Shown here one piece after another: positions 9,406 to 18,939 of a stretch of DNA of 54,411 bases. The DNA is from Bacteroidota bacterium (GTDB lineage Bacteria; Bacteroidota; Bacteroidia; Cytophagales; Amoebophilaceae). Each line of letters opens with the position of its first letter. Positions within the stretch are counted from its first letter, which is position 1. Where the stretch lies: assembly GCA_039192615.1 (NCBI GenBank), contig JBCCWZ010000001.1:1-54411 (forward strand), read 5' to 3'. Made by a program: the position numbers and the translations under genes. The notes beneath the pieces are model-generated. The model saw only the letters and a program-made list of their open reading frames with translations. It did no database searches and was not told where the DNA came from.

Positions 9406-11207
9406 TGCGTTTTCATAGAGGCCATATTATTCAGGCAGCCTTTACCCTTGTAGGGCTTATTTTTCTTGTAAGGCTATTCTTCATCCAGGTATTAAGTGAT
9501 GGCTACCAGTTGGCTGCCGAAAAGAACATCATCCAACCGGTCATAGAATATTCTTATCGAGGAGCCATTCACGATCGTCATGGAGAATTTTTAGTCTATA
9601 ATGTGCCTATTTATGACCTCATGGTCATTCCGAAAGAGGTAAGGAACCTTGATACCTCGGCTTTTTGTCAAGACCTTGGGATTGATCTAACTACCTTTCA
9701 TCAGGCCCTAAAAAAGGCTAAGCGCTACTCCTATGTCAAACCCTCTGTTTTCCTTAAAAACCTATCGCAAGCCACCTGGGCGAAAATCCAAGATCATTTT
9801 TCAGAGTATCCAGGGTTCTTTGTACAAGCCCGTACTGTACGAGAATACCCCCTCCCCATGTTAGCCCATACCCTAGGATATGTAGGTGAAATAAGTCCCC
9901 AGCAGCTAGCCGCAGATACGGCCCATGCTTACAGGCAGGGCGACGTGATTGGCATCAGTGGCTTAGAAAAAAGGTATGAAGTAGTCTTGAGAGGGCAGCT
10001 AGGAATTCGATATGAAGTCAGTGACGTCAAAGGAAGAGGCAAAGGAAAATTTAGAGGCGGCGCGTTAGACCGGGCTGCTGTACCTGGCCAGGACCTCAGG
10101 ACTACCCTGGATGCTGGCTTGCAACGATATGGAGAGCAGCTGATGGAACATAAGCTGGGCAGTGTCGTGGCTATAGCTCCTCAGACAGGTGAAATCCTTG
10201 CTTTAGTGTCTAGCCCTTCGTACGATCCTAATTTGTTGACAGGAAGAGAGTTAGGGAGTAATTTTGCTGCCTTAGGGCAAGACCCGCTTGCGCCGCTTTT
10301 TCATAGGCCCATCATGGCCATGTATCCCCCAGGTTCTATTTTTAAGCTCAGCCAAGCACTGATTGCCCTGCAAGAAAAGGTGATCAGTACGCATACAACC
10401 TATGTTTGTAATAAAAAACTAGTCAACTGCCACTCTCACCCTTCGCCTTTAAGCCTCCATAAAGCGATCAAGCACTCCTGTAATCCATATTTTTATCACG
10501 TATTTAAAAAACTTATCAATCCCCAAGTATCCGATAATACGTATGAAGATACCCGTATAGGGCTTAAACGGTGGTGTCGCTACTTGAAAAGCTTTGGCTT
10601 TGGCATCCCCCTCGGGGTAGACCTGCCAGGGGAGAAGGGGGGGTGTGTGCCTGATCCGGAGCTGTACGATAGACGCTATGGCAAGAGGCGCTGGAAAGCC
10701 TCTACCATTAGGTCGTTAGATATTGGCCAGGGAGAGTTGCTGCTGACTCCTTTGCAGATGGCTAATTTTGCTGCTACCGTGGCTAATCAGGGCTACTATT
10801 ATACGCCGCACGTGATTCAGCAGATAGGCGAGTGCCCTATGGTGCTATCAGAGGAACAGGACAAGCATGAGGTAGCGATTGATCGGGCCTACTTTGCATT
10901 CGTAGCCAATGCTATGCAAGAAGGAGTAGAAGGTGGCACTTCTCGGCGCGCACATGTTCCAGGTATCGACATCTGTGCCAAAACAGGTACGGCTGAAAAC
11001 CCGCATGGCGAAGACCATTCTATCTGTATCGCCTTTGCCCCTAAAGAAGACCCTCAAATAGCTCTGGCGGTGTGTGTGGAAAACGCTGGTTGGGGCTCTC
11101 GGGCTGGTGCGTCTATAGCTGGCCTACTGATAGAACAATACTTGCGGGGAACCGTTAGTCGCCCCTGGATCGAAGATTATGTACTCAAAGGAGACTTTTT
11201 TCATTGA
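9405..11207 (+). CDS. mrdA: penicillin-binding protein 2 (elongasome transpeptidase)
   Basis: Motifs SxxK (GSIFK), SxN (HSCN) and KTGT are present, with an N-terminal TM. I prefer the ATG at 9405 (MRFHRGHII..), which overlaps the mreD stop, over the track start at 9345. Confidence 0.9.
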   Translation: MRFHRGHIIQAAFTLVGLIFLVRLFFIQVLSDGYQLAAEKNIIQPVIEYSYRGAIHDRHGEFLVYNVPIYDLMVIPKEVRNLDTSAFCQDLGIDLTTFHQALKKAKRYSYVKPSVFLKNLSQATWAKIQDHFSEYPGFFVQARTVREYPLPMLAHTLGYVGEISPQQLAADTAHAYRQGDVIGISGLEKRYEVVLRGQLGIRYEVSDVKGRGKGKFRGGALDRAAVPGQDLRTTLDAGLQRYGEQLMEHKLGSVVAIAPQTGEILALVSSPSYDPNLLTGRELGSNFAALGQDPLAPLFHRPIMAMYPPGSIFKLSQALIALQEKVISTHTTYVCNKKLVNCHSHPSPLSLHKAIKHSCNPYFYHVFKKLINPQVSDNTYEDTRIGLKRWCRYLKSFGFGIPLGVDLPGEKGGCVPDPELYDRRYGKRRWKASTIRSLDIGQGELLLTPLQMANFAATVANQGYYYTPHVIQQIGECPMVLSEEQDKHEVAIDRAYFAFVANAMQEGVEGGTSRRAHVPGIDICAKTGTAENPHGEDHSICIAFAPKEDPQIALAVCVENAGWGSRAGASIAGLLIEQYLRGTVSRPWIEDYVLKGDFFH

Positions 11208-12484
11208 AGCCAGCTAGCAAAATATTCACCCACATTGACTGGCTGCTTTTAGGCTTGTATGCCAGCTTGGTCATCTTTGGCTGGTTCAACATCCATGCCG
11301 TCAGCTATGAAAAAGAGCTTGATCAGAGCCTGTTCGACCTGTCGCGAAGTGCTGGCCGACAGTTTATTTGGATTATGACCACCAGCATCATCTTTTGCGT
11401 GGCTTTTTTGTTAGATAGCAGAACTTATCAGGCTTTCGCCTATGTCTTCTATGCTTTCGTGATGCTCCTACTGCTTGGTACGCTTGTTTGGGGCATCAGT
11501 GTAGGAGGTCATAGGGCATGGCTTCCGTGGGGAGGCCAACCGTCTGAACTGGCGAAGCTAGCCTGTGCTCTAGCCATTGCTAAATACTTAGGGAGTGCCC
11601 ATATAAAACTGACCCAACTGAGGCCCCAATTTATGTTATTGGGCATTATCCTATTTCCTGTGGCCATCATTCTGGTACAAGGCGACGCAGGCTCTGGTTT
11701 AGTTTTCGTCGCTTTCGTCATCGTACTCTATCGAGAAGGACTCTCTCCTTGGCTCCTCTTGATAGGAGGAGCGATTGTCCTAATCTTTGTTTTGACACTC
11801 CTGGTTCCCCGTCTTTATTTAGTTATTGGCACACTTAGTTTATCGCTCCTATTGATTGGTCTAGTAAGAAGAACTTTGAAAACGGTCTTGCTGGTGATTC
11901 TGGTAACATTAGGGACCTTGGTGTCGATCGAAGGATTCCATCTTTTTGTAGGGAAGCTTCTCAAGCCTCACCAGCAAAATAGACTGAAGGCCCTCGTTGA
12001 CCCTAATGTTGATCCTCTTGGCATTGGCTGGAACGTGACCCAGTCTAAAATCGCCATTGGCTCCGGCGGTCTGTGGGGCAAAGGATTCTTGCAAGGTACG
12101 CAGACAAAATATGGCTTTGTACCAGAGCAGCGTACCGATTTTATTTTCTGCACGATAGGCGAGGAGCATGGTTGGATGGGTGCTTTGTTGGTGATTAGCC
12201 TTTTTTTAGGGCTCATTTCAAGAATATGCTACCTAGCAGAACGGCAAAGGCTCCGATTTGCTAGGGTGTATGGTTATGCCGTGGCCTCTATCCTATTTTT
12301 TCATTTTATGATTAACATTGGCATGACTATTGGGCTTATGCCTGTGATCGGCATTCCCTTACCGTTCACCAGCTATGGAGGTTCTTCCTTGTGGTCATTC
12401 TCACTCATGCTATTTATCCTATTAAAGCTTGACGCACAAAGACAGGATTATGTCTCTCGGCGACAAGCCCCTATCCTCGACTAA
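11204..12484 (+). CDS. rodA: rod shape-determining protein RodA (SEDS glycosyltransferase)
   Basis: 426-aa polytopic SEDS protein (QPSELAKL, GDAGSGLV, VPEQRTDFIF, GIPLPFTSYGGSS). It overlaps the mrdA stop. Confidence 0.9.
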   Translation: MKPASKIFTHIDWLLLGLYASLVIFGWFNIHAVSYEKELDQSLFDLSRSAGRQFIWIMTTSIIFCVAFLLDSRTYQAFAYVFYAFVMLLLLGTLVWGISVGGHRAWLPWGGQPSELAKLACALAIAKYLGSAHIKLTQLRPQFMLLGIILFPVAIILVQGDAGSGLVFVAFVIVLYREGLSPWLLLIGGAIVLIFVLTLLVPRLYLVIGTLSLSLLLIGLVRRTLKTVLLVILVTLGTLVSIEGFHLFVGKLLKPHQQNRLKALVDPNVDPLGIGWNVTQSKIAIGSGGLWGKGFLQGTQTKYGFVPEQRTDFIFCTIGEEHGWMGALLVISLFLGLISRICYLAERQRLRFARVYGYAVASILFFHFMINIGMTIGLMPVIGIPLPFTSYGGSSLWSFSLMLFILLKLDAQRQDYVSRRQAPILD

Positions 12485-12495
12485 ACCTGACAAGT

Positions 12496-13257
12496 ATGCG
12501 TCCTAAGATTATTGCTGCTAACTGGAAAATGCATAAAGACTTTGAAGAAGGGCTACAGCTGGCTACGGAGGTAACTCAACGGCTGTCCACGCCTGAGCAG
12601 GCTACTACCCAAGTCATTCTCCTTGTTCCATTTATCCACTTAGAAGCACTGAGTAAGCTTCCTGCAGCTGAGCGATTGCAACTAGGCGCACAAAACTGTC
12701 ATGAGCAAGCTGCTGGGGCCTTTACAGGAGAAATTTCGGCTCCTATGCTGCGGTCTGTAGGTGCCCAATTTGTCTTGGTAGGGCACAGTGAGAGAAGACA
12801 ATATTTTGGCGAAAAGAGTACACTACTGGCCCAGAAGATGACTACAGCGCTAGCCCACGGGTTGCGTCCTATTTTTTGTTGTGGAGAAAGTCAACAAAGC
12901 CGCGCAGCCGGGCAACAAGAGGTGGTGGTGACAGAGCAATTGGCTGCTAGCTTGTTTCATCTGACTGCCGCACAAATAGCTCAGGTGATCATTGCTTATG
13001 AGCCTGTTTGGGCCATTGGCACGGGAAGTACGCCTACACCTACCCAAGTACAAGCGATGCACCAGGCGATGCGGCATGCGATAGCCCAGCAGTATGGCGA
13101 GGAGATTGCCCAAGGTATTCCTATTTTGTACGGAGGAAGCTGCAATGCACAGAACGCATCCGCCTTATTTGCATGCCCTGATGTAGATGGTGGTCTTATA
13201 GGGAAAGCTTCTTTAGAGTTAGATTCCTTTATTACTATTGTTAATTCCCTGGAATAA
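12496..13257 (+). CDS. tpiA: triose-phosphate isomerase
   Basis: 253 aa: IIAANWKMH, VGHSERR, IAYEPVWAIGTG, YGGS. Confidence 0.95.
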   Translation: MRPKIIAANWKMHKDFEEGLQLATEVTQRLSTPEQATTQVILLVPFIHLEALSKLPAAERLQLGAQNCHEQAAGAFTGEISAPMLRSVGAQFVLVGHSERRQYFGEKSTLLAQKMTTALAHGLRPIFCCGESQQSRAAGQQEVVVTEQLAASLFHLTAAQIAQVIIAYEPVWAIGTGSTPTPTQVQAMHQAMRHAIAQQYGEEIAQGIPILYGGSCNAQNASALFACPDVDGGLIGKASLELDSFITIVNSLE

Positions 13258-13272
13258 TCAATCGAGCAAGTC

Positions 13273-13665
13273 ATGGCAACATCGATCAGAACTCAAAAAG
13301 TAGCTAGACTGCTTCAAAAGGCCTTAGGAGAAATATTTCTTCAAGAGACGGCCAGCCTGTTAGACAACACGATGGTCACAGTCACCGAAGTGCGTGTGAG
13401 CCCTGATCTAGGGCTTGCAAAAGTCTACCTAAGCTCTGTGCTGAACGGAGGCCAGGCCGAAATGATGGTCAAGGTGGAGCAGCAAAAGGGCACTCTCAGA
13501 AAGCTTTTAGGGGCCCGTGTTGGGAATAAGCTGCGCAAGGTACCTGAGCTTCGATTTTACCCTGATAACTCGGTAGCGCAGGCAACCAAGATTAATCAAC
13601 TACTGGATGAATTGGATATCCCTGAGGGTACTGATTTTATACAGAATGAGGAGTTTTTGTGGTAG
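13273..13665 (+). CDS. rbfA: ribosome-binding factor A
   Basis: 130 aa: RTQKVARLLQKALGEIF..VTVTEVRVSPDLGLAKVYLS..LRKVPELRFYPDNS is the typical RbfA pattern. Confidence 0.85.
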   Translation: MATSIRTQKVARLLQKALGEIFLQETASLLDNTMVTVTEVRVSPDLGLAKVYLSSVLNGGQAEMMVKVEQQKGTLRKLLGARVGNKLRKVPELRFYPDNSVAQATKINQLLDELDIPEGTDFIQNEEFLW

Positions 13666-13678
13666 ATACTTGTCTTAT

Positions 13679-15367
13679 TCAGGGCAAAATAGCCTCCAAA
13701 TTGGCCCTGCCTATGGTATGTATCCTCGTCACTAGCTGGTGGGCAGATTCAGTGATGAGTCCCAACAACACCTGTGGACAAATACCCAAAAGCAAGACCA
13801 GTAATAGGAGGGGAATGAACAAAATATATTCTCTTGTTTTCAAGTCTTGCATCGTAGGCTGGTAGTCAGGGTAGCGCAAAGAAAAGCTCCCTAGAAACAA
13901 CCGCTGAATCGTCCACACAAAGTAAACCGCATTGAGTAAGATGCCCACTGCCCCTACAATCCCCATCCATTTAGGCAAGGAAACGGTTTGAAACGCCCCC
14001 CACAAAACCAGTAGCTCTGCCACAAAGCTAGAAAAGCCAGGCATGCCCAAGGCGGCAAAAAAGCTCACGATAGCAATAGTAGTGTAATAAGGCATAGGGG
14101 TAGCGAGGCCTCTATAATTCTCAATCAGCCTGTCCTGCGTTCTATCTTGTAACACACCCACCAAGCCAAAAAGCAAGGCAGCGATGAGCCCATGACTCAC
14201 CATCTGATACAGAGCCCCTAGCAGCCCCTCCAGCGTCAGCGAAGCAAGTCCCAATAGCACAAAACCCATGTGCGCTATCGAAGCATAAGCCACCATCCGC
14301 TTTAAGTCCTGCATAGCCAACGCATTTAAAGCCGCATAGACAATAGCACCTACCCCCAACACCCCCATGCTAAATCCATAGTAGATTGCCCCCTCTGGGA
14401 AAATGCTGTAAGCAGTGCGTAATAATCCATAGCTCCCTATCTTGAGTAAAAGTGCTGCTAGTACCATCGAGATAGGCGTAGGTGCTTCTACATGTGCTTC
14501 AGGAAGCCAAGTGTGAAAAGGCACTGCCGCCAGTTTGATCAGGAATCCTATTACCAGGGCTAGAAATGCTACCAGCCTCGCCGCCTGCCCCCCCACCAAA
14601 GCGCCATCCATCAGCCCTAAGCCCGAACCTGGCAAAAAATTACGTGTATCCGTCATCAGCCTCAAATCCAGGGAACGCACAATATCTGAGGTAGCTATTT
14701 CGCAGCCTTGCACGAGATTTTGTATAGCTTCAATTTGCGTCAAGCTAGGTAGTTCGCCTGGTGTCAGCAACCCTACCTGTACACCTGTGGCCACAGGATC
14801 ATACACAGCGCGGCTTAAGGCAATCAGCACCACCAAGATCATGACCGTTCCTACCAAGGTGTACAAGAAAAATTGGGTAGCTGCCTGCTGGCGTCGAGGC
14901 CCGCCCCAGATACCAATAAAGAAATATATGGGCAGCAAGGATGCTTCAAAAAACACGTAGAACAGCAGAAAATCCCACGCCAAGAAGCTCCCCATAATCA
15001 ACGTATCCATGAGCAAGTACAAGGCAAAGTAGGCTTTGGTGTATTGCTGGATGTTCCAAGAAGCAATCACCCCTATCGTAAGTACCACGACAGCTAGTAG
15101 TACAAGGCCAATATTCAATCCATCTATGCCTACCAAGTAGTCTACGGATAACCGACCCAAGCTGCCCATCTCCAACTGTAGCCAAGCGCACTGTTCTACG
15201 GGGGTGTTAGGCAAGCCGTGCGCCACCACCAGTCCAACACCCAACCCTTGCAAAAGCGTGGTGCCTAAAGCGATGTATCGAAAGGCTGACTGCCGATGCG
15301 CAGGGAGTAATAGTAGGAGTGCTAGGCTACCGATGGGTAGCCAGATGATGAAGGATAAAAGGGGCAT
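13679..15367 (-). CDS. nuoM: NADH-quinone oxidoreductase subunit M (complex I chain 4 / proton-pumping antiporter-like family), stand-alone
   Basis: 562-aa protein with ~14 TM segments and the ND4/NuoM hallmark FHTWLPEAHVEAPTPISM, plus KRMVAYASIAHMG. No other nuo genes are adjacent. Confidence 0.75.
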   Translation of the reverse strand: MPLLSFIIWLPIGSLALLLLLPAHRQSAFRYIALGTTLLQGLGVGLVVAHGLPNTPVEQCAWLQLEMGSLGRLSVDYLVGIDGLNIGLVLLAVVVLTIGVIASWNIQQYTKAYFALYLLMDTLIMGSFLAWDFLLFYVFFEASLLPIYFFIGIWGGPRRQQAATQFFLYTLVGTVMILVVLIALSRAVYDPVATGVQVGLLTPGELPSLTQIEAIQNLVQGCEIATSDIVRSLDLRLMTDTRNFLPGSGLGLMDGALVGGQAARLVAFLALVIGFLIKLAAVPFHTWLPEAHVEAPTPISMVLAALLLKIGSYGLLRTAYSIFPEGAIYYGFSMGVLGVGAIVYAALNALAMQDLKRMVAYASIAHMGFVLLGLASLTLEGLLGALYQMVSHGLIAALLFGLVGVLQDRTQDRLIENYRGLATPMPYYTTIAIVSFFAALGMPGFSSFVAELLVLWGAFQTVSLPKWMGIVGAVGILLNAVYFVWTIQRLFLGSFSLRYPDYQPTMQDLKTREYILFIPLLLLVLLLGICPQVLLGLITESAHQLVTRIHTIGRANLEAILP

Positions 15368-15484
15368 AACTGAATAAAAAAGTATCTCTTAGAGACAAGC
15401 ACAAACCTACTAAAAAGCCTGACGAACTAGTAAGTGTATTTGAAAAGAGGCAGTAGCGCTGAAAAATGGGCTGTTATACACTTC

Positions 15485-16363
15485 CTAAGCTCTAGGATGG
15501 GCTTGTTGAAAGACCTCTTTCAGTTTTTTGAGGGAATGGTGGGTGTACAGCTGTGTGGCGGCTAGGCTTTCGTGGCCCAACAAGTCTTTGATCGCATTAA
15601 GGTCTGCCCCTTTGCTCAGTAGGTGGGTAGCAAAAGTATGCCGCAGCACATGCGGACTATACCGGTCTGCATGCGTGTGGGTACGTAGGTATTTCTTGAC
15701 CAGTCTGTATATCATCATAGGGTAGCAAGGAGCGCCTGTAGCCGTCACCAAGAGCAAACCTTTAGGATTACTCACTGTAGCATCTCTGTGCATCTTGTAC
15801 TGCTCAATCACCTGGCGCAAAGTTTTGGGAAAGGGCACAGTACGTTCTTTGTTGCGCTTGCCCCAAACCCTGATCGTGTTGTCATACAGATCAACAGCCG
15901 CATCTTGCAGCGTCAACAATTCTGCCAAGCGAATACCCGTGCCGTACAGTAGTTCTAGGATGAGTTTATCACGCCAGCCTTCGAATGTATTCTCAAACTC
16001 GTGATGCTCTAGCAGGTCTAGGAGTTCTTTTTCTTGCAGAAAGACAGGCAGGGTTTTTTTGAGTTTGAGCCTACTTAGGTGCAGAGTGGGGTCTTGTTTA
16101 ATGTAAGCCTGGGTATATAGGAATTTGTAGAAAGCTTTAAGGGCGGCAATCTTTCGGTTGATGGAGCGGTTGCTTAAGCCTTGTTGTGCCAACGCCACAA
16201 TCCATGCACGTAGGGCTTGGTGGGTAGCTGTTTCCAGTGCGCTCGCTGGGGCCTGGGTTTGTAGGTAAGCAGTGCATTGCTTGAGGTCTGTGCCGTAGGC
16301 CTGGACTGTATGGGGGCTTAGGCGCTTTTCACTGGCTAGGTATTGTATAAAAGCAGCAATCAT
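15485..16363 (-). CDS. tyrosine recombinase XerC/XerD family
   Basis: 292 aa with an N-terminal SAM-like domain and the catalytic residues in GIRLAEL, HVLRHTFATHLL and LGHESLAATQLYTH. Confidence 0.85.
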   Translation of the reverse strand: MIAAFIQYLASEKRLSPHTVQAYGTDLKQCTAYLQTQAPASALETATHQALRAWIVALAQQGLSNRSINRKIAALKAFYKFLYTQAYIKQDPTLHLSRLKLKKTLPVFLQEKELLDLLEHHEFENTFEGWRDKLILELLYGTGIRLAELLTLQDAAVDLYDNTIRVWGKRNKERTVPFPKTLRQVIEQYKMHRDATVSNPKGLLLVTATGAPCYPMMIYRLVKKYLRTHTHADRYSPHVLRHTFATHLLSKGADLNAIKDLLGHESLAATQLYTHHSLKKLKEVFQQAHPRA

Positions 16364-16409
16364 GGTTGTATAGGCGCCCCTAAATATTGAGCCATGTGCT
16401 TACCAAGGG

Positions 16410-16610
16410 TTACGCGTTGGCTTGCATCTTTTGCTTGTAGATGGCTTTGAGCTTTTCTTCTCTGCGTTGTATGGATGGTTTCTTGTAGTACATCCTTGCT
16501 CGGAGTTTTTTCAATACCCCTATCTGCTCATATTTCTTTTTAAACCGTTTTAAAGCTCTATCAACAGTCTCATTGTCTTTGACATGTATGGTAATATTGC
16601 TCTCACTCAT
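16410..16610 (-). CDS. rpsU: 30S ribosomal protein S21
   Basis: 66 aa: VDRALKRFKKKYEQIGVLKKLRARMYYKKPSIQRREEK. Confidence 0.9.
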   Translation of the reverse strand: MSESNITIHVKDNETVDRALKRFKKKYEQIGVLKKLRARMYYKKPSIQRREEKLKAIYKQKMQANA

Positions 16611-16729
16611 CGTGTTTTTTTATTTGTTTGGCGCAGTGGGCAAAGATAGCCTAGAAATAATAATGCGCCAAGTAGTTAGTATGATCTCCTCAGTGTCTGA
16701 TCTGCCGATGTAGCCTGCTTGTCAAGCCT

Positions 16730-18250
16730 TTACTTGGCATAGTTGATGGCTCTTGTTTCTCTAATCACGATTACTTTGACCTGGCCTGGATACTGTAGCT
16801 GTTGCTCAATTTTGCCGGAGATTTCAAAGGCCATTTGCTTTGCTTCCTCATCGGTAACGCTGTCAGCATCGACCATGACCCTGAGTTCTCGCCCTGCTTG
16901 TATAGCATAACATTTTTTCACCCCTCCAAAAGACAGGGCAATATCTTCCATCTCTCGCAGCCTTTTCACATAGGCTTCTACTACTTCTCGCCGTACGCCT
17001 GGCCTGGAGCCAGAGATAGCATCACAGGCTTGTACAATGGGGGCGATCATGGAAGTCATCTCTATCTCATCGTGATGGGCGCCAATAGCATTGCATACTT
17101 CTGGGCGTTCTCTATATTTTTTAGCCATTTCCATACCGAGTAGTGCGTGCGAAAGATCAGATTTCTCTGCTGATACCTTGCCAATGTCATGCAGTAACCC
17201 GGCGCGTTTGGCTAGCTTACTATTGAGCCCTAGCTCTGAGGCCATGGTGGCTGTGAGATGGGCGACCTCTCGGGAGTGATGCAGTAGGTTTTGTCCATAA
17301 GAGGAGCGGTAACGCATCCTGCCCACCATCTTGATCAGCTCTATGTGCATTCCATAGATACCTAGGTCGATCACGGTACGCTCTCCTGTGTCCATGATCT
17401 CTTTGTCTATGATCTTCTCTACCTTATCCACTACCTCTTCAATGCGAGCGGGATGTATTCTACCGTCTTGGATAAGCTGCTCCAGTGCTAGGCGGGCAAT
17501 TTCTCTCCTCACGGGGTCAAAGCTGGAGAGCAGTACGGTTTGGGGAGTGTCGTCTATAATGATGTCTACGCCTGTGGCGGTTTCTAAAGCACGAATGTTT
17601 CTGCCTTCTTTGCCGATGATTTTACCTTTTAAGGTATTGTTCTCGAGGTTAACTACTGAGGTACTGTTCTCTATCGTTTGCTCTGCTGCGGTACGCTGGA
17701 TGGTGGTTAGAATTACTTTTTTAGCTTCTTTTTCAGCATTGGTTTTGGCTTCGTCTACGATGGCCCTGAGGTGTCTAGAAGCGTTTGCTTTGGCTTCATC
17801 TTCTAGTGCTTCCAGTAGCTGTTCTTTAGCTTTTTCTGCGCTTAGGTGAGCGATACCTTCTAGCTGTTGAGCTTTTTGTACCTTGAGTTGTTCGAGGTCT
17901 TCTTTTACCTTGTCTAGCGCTAGCTCTTTGCGGTGCAGCTGCTCTAGTTGGTGGGTCATTTCCTGCTCCTTGCTTCGTAAGTAGTTTTCTTCATTAAGAA
18001 GCTTTTCTTTCCTTCTGCCTACGCCTTGTTCAAATTCTGCTTTTAGGCTAACAAACCGCTCTTTGGCTTCTAGTATCTTTTCTCTTTTGATCTTGGCTGC
18101 TTCTGCCTTGGCGGCTTTGATAATAAGTCTGGCTTTTCTCGCAGCCTGCTTTTCTTCGTATTTGTCAAATAGTGCAGCCGCAATTCTATCCAATGCTATC
18201 CCTAGAGATAGCATGAGTACACTTAAGATGAAAATTTGCGTTATACTCAT
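16730..18250 (-). CDS. rny: ribonuclease Y
   Basis: 506 aa with an N-terminal TM, a long coiled-coil, a KH domain ([15 protein letters not shown]) and an HD domain (LLHDIGK). Confidence 0.9.
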   Translation of the reverse strand: MSITQIFILSVLMLSLGIALDRIAAALFDKYEEKQAARKARLIIKAAKAEAAKIKREKILEAKERFVSLKAEFEQGVGRRKEKLLNEENYLRSKEQEMTHQLEQLHRKELALDKVKEDLEQLKVQKAQQLEGIAHLSAEKAKEQLLEALEDEAKANASRHLRAIVDEAKTNAEKEAKKVILTTIQRTAAEQTIENSTSVVNLENNTLKGKIIGKEGRNIRALETATGVDIIIDDTPQTVLLSSFDPVRREIARLALEQLIQDGRIHPARIEEVVDKVEKIIDKEIMDTGERTVIDLGIYGMHIELIKMVGRMRYRSSYGQNLLHHSREVAHLTATMASELGLNSKLAKRAGLLHDIGKVSAEKSDLSHALLGMEMAKKYRERPEVCNAIGAHHDEIEMTSMIAPIVQACDAISGSRPGVRREVVEAYVKRLREMEDIALSFGGVKKCYAIQAGRELRVMVDADSVTDEEAKQMAFEISGKIEQQLQYPGQVKVIVIRETRAINYAK

Positions 18251-18330
18251 GTGTTGCTAGTAGGTAGACTGAGGCTATCCCGCAAGGAATGCTTGGGGAA
18301 GGCACTTAGTTTTGTCATACTTAGGCAAAG

Positions 18331-18648
18331 CTATCTAGGGGACGTGCTGTCAGGAGCTAAAGGTGGAAGCGTTTGGTCTACTAGCTCAATCAAGTTACTG
18401 ACCTGCTTCGTAAGCGCTTTCGTCGCCAAGGTTGCTCCCTCTTCGGCCCTCAAGGTGTCTATAAGACAGTCAAACGCTACCATAGCTAGTAGGTCTTGTT
18501 GATCCTTGATACCAAATTGATCCCTGTATGCCTTTACTTGTTCATTCACCCGCTTGCTGGCTGCTCTTACACGTGCTTCGTCTGCTGCCTGTACCTTCAT
18601 AGGGTACACCCGGTCGCATATTCTGATGTTTACAGCAAGTTCTTCCAT
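18331..18648 (-). CDS. zapA: cell division protein ZapA
   Basis: 105 aa: VNIRICDRVYPMKVQAADEARVRAASKRVNEQVKAYRDQF is the typical ZapA pattern. The position upstream of rny is conserved. Confidence 0.8.
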   Translation of the reverse strand: MEELAVNIRICDRVYPMKVQAADEARVRAASKRVNEQVKAYRDQFGIKDQQDLLAMVAFDCLIDTLRAEEGATLATKALTKQVSNLIELVDQTLPPLAPDSTSPR

Positions 18649-18938
18649 TACTGACGCTGTTCAAGGTAGGCGATGCTTTTGTCGATGTCCTTGATGTAAC
18701 GTTCAATGCTACTGCCCAACGCCCGTGCCTGTTCTTCGTTGACGATAATAGTACCAATTTCTGGCTTATTTGAAAAATTGCCTGGTGTCTCCACGCCGTT
18801 GTTAGCTTTTTGCTGCCATTGTGCCTGCTCCTCTTGGAGTTGCTGAATGATTTCTTGTTGCGTTTTGCAACGCTCTATTAATTCCTTGAGCTTCTGTTCC
18901 AAGGTCTGGATGTGTGCTTGCAGTTTTTCACTGTTCAT
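18648..18938 (-). CDS. small coiled-coil protein of unknown function
   Basis: 96-aa Q/E-rich heptad-like sequence. It is tightly packed: 1 nt after the pheT stop, and its stop overlaps the zapA start (TAATG). Confidence 0.55.
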   Translation of the reverse strand: MNSEKLQAHIQTLEQKLKELIERCKTQQEIIQQLQEEQAQWQQKANNGVETPGNFSNKPEIGTIIVNEEQARALGSSIERYIKDIDKSIAYLEQRQ

Positions 18939-18939
18939 C

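Noticed and set aside
15485-16363. Whether the tyrosine recombinase marks an integrative mobile element, possibly one that brought in the orphan nuoM.
   Set aside because: It has XerC/XerD-like length and motifs, and it sits next to rpsU, an arrangement I recall as common in Bacteroidota. No flanking direct repeats, tRNA target, excisionase or cargo genes are visible.
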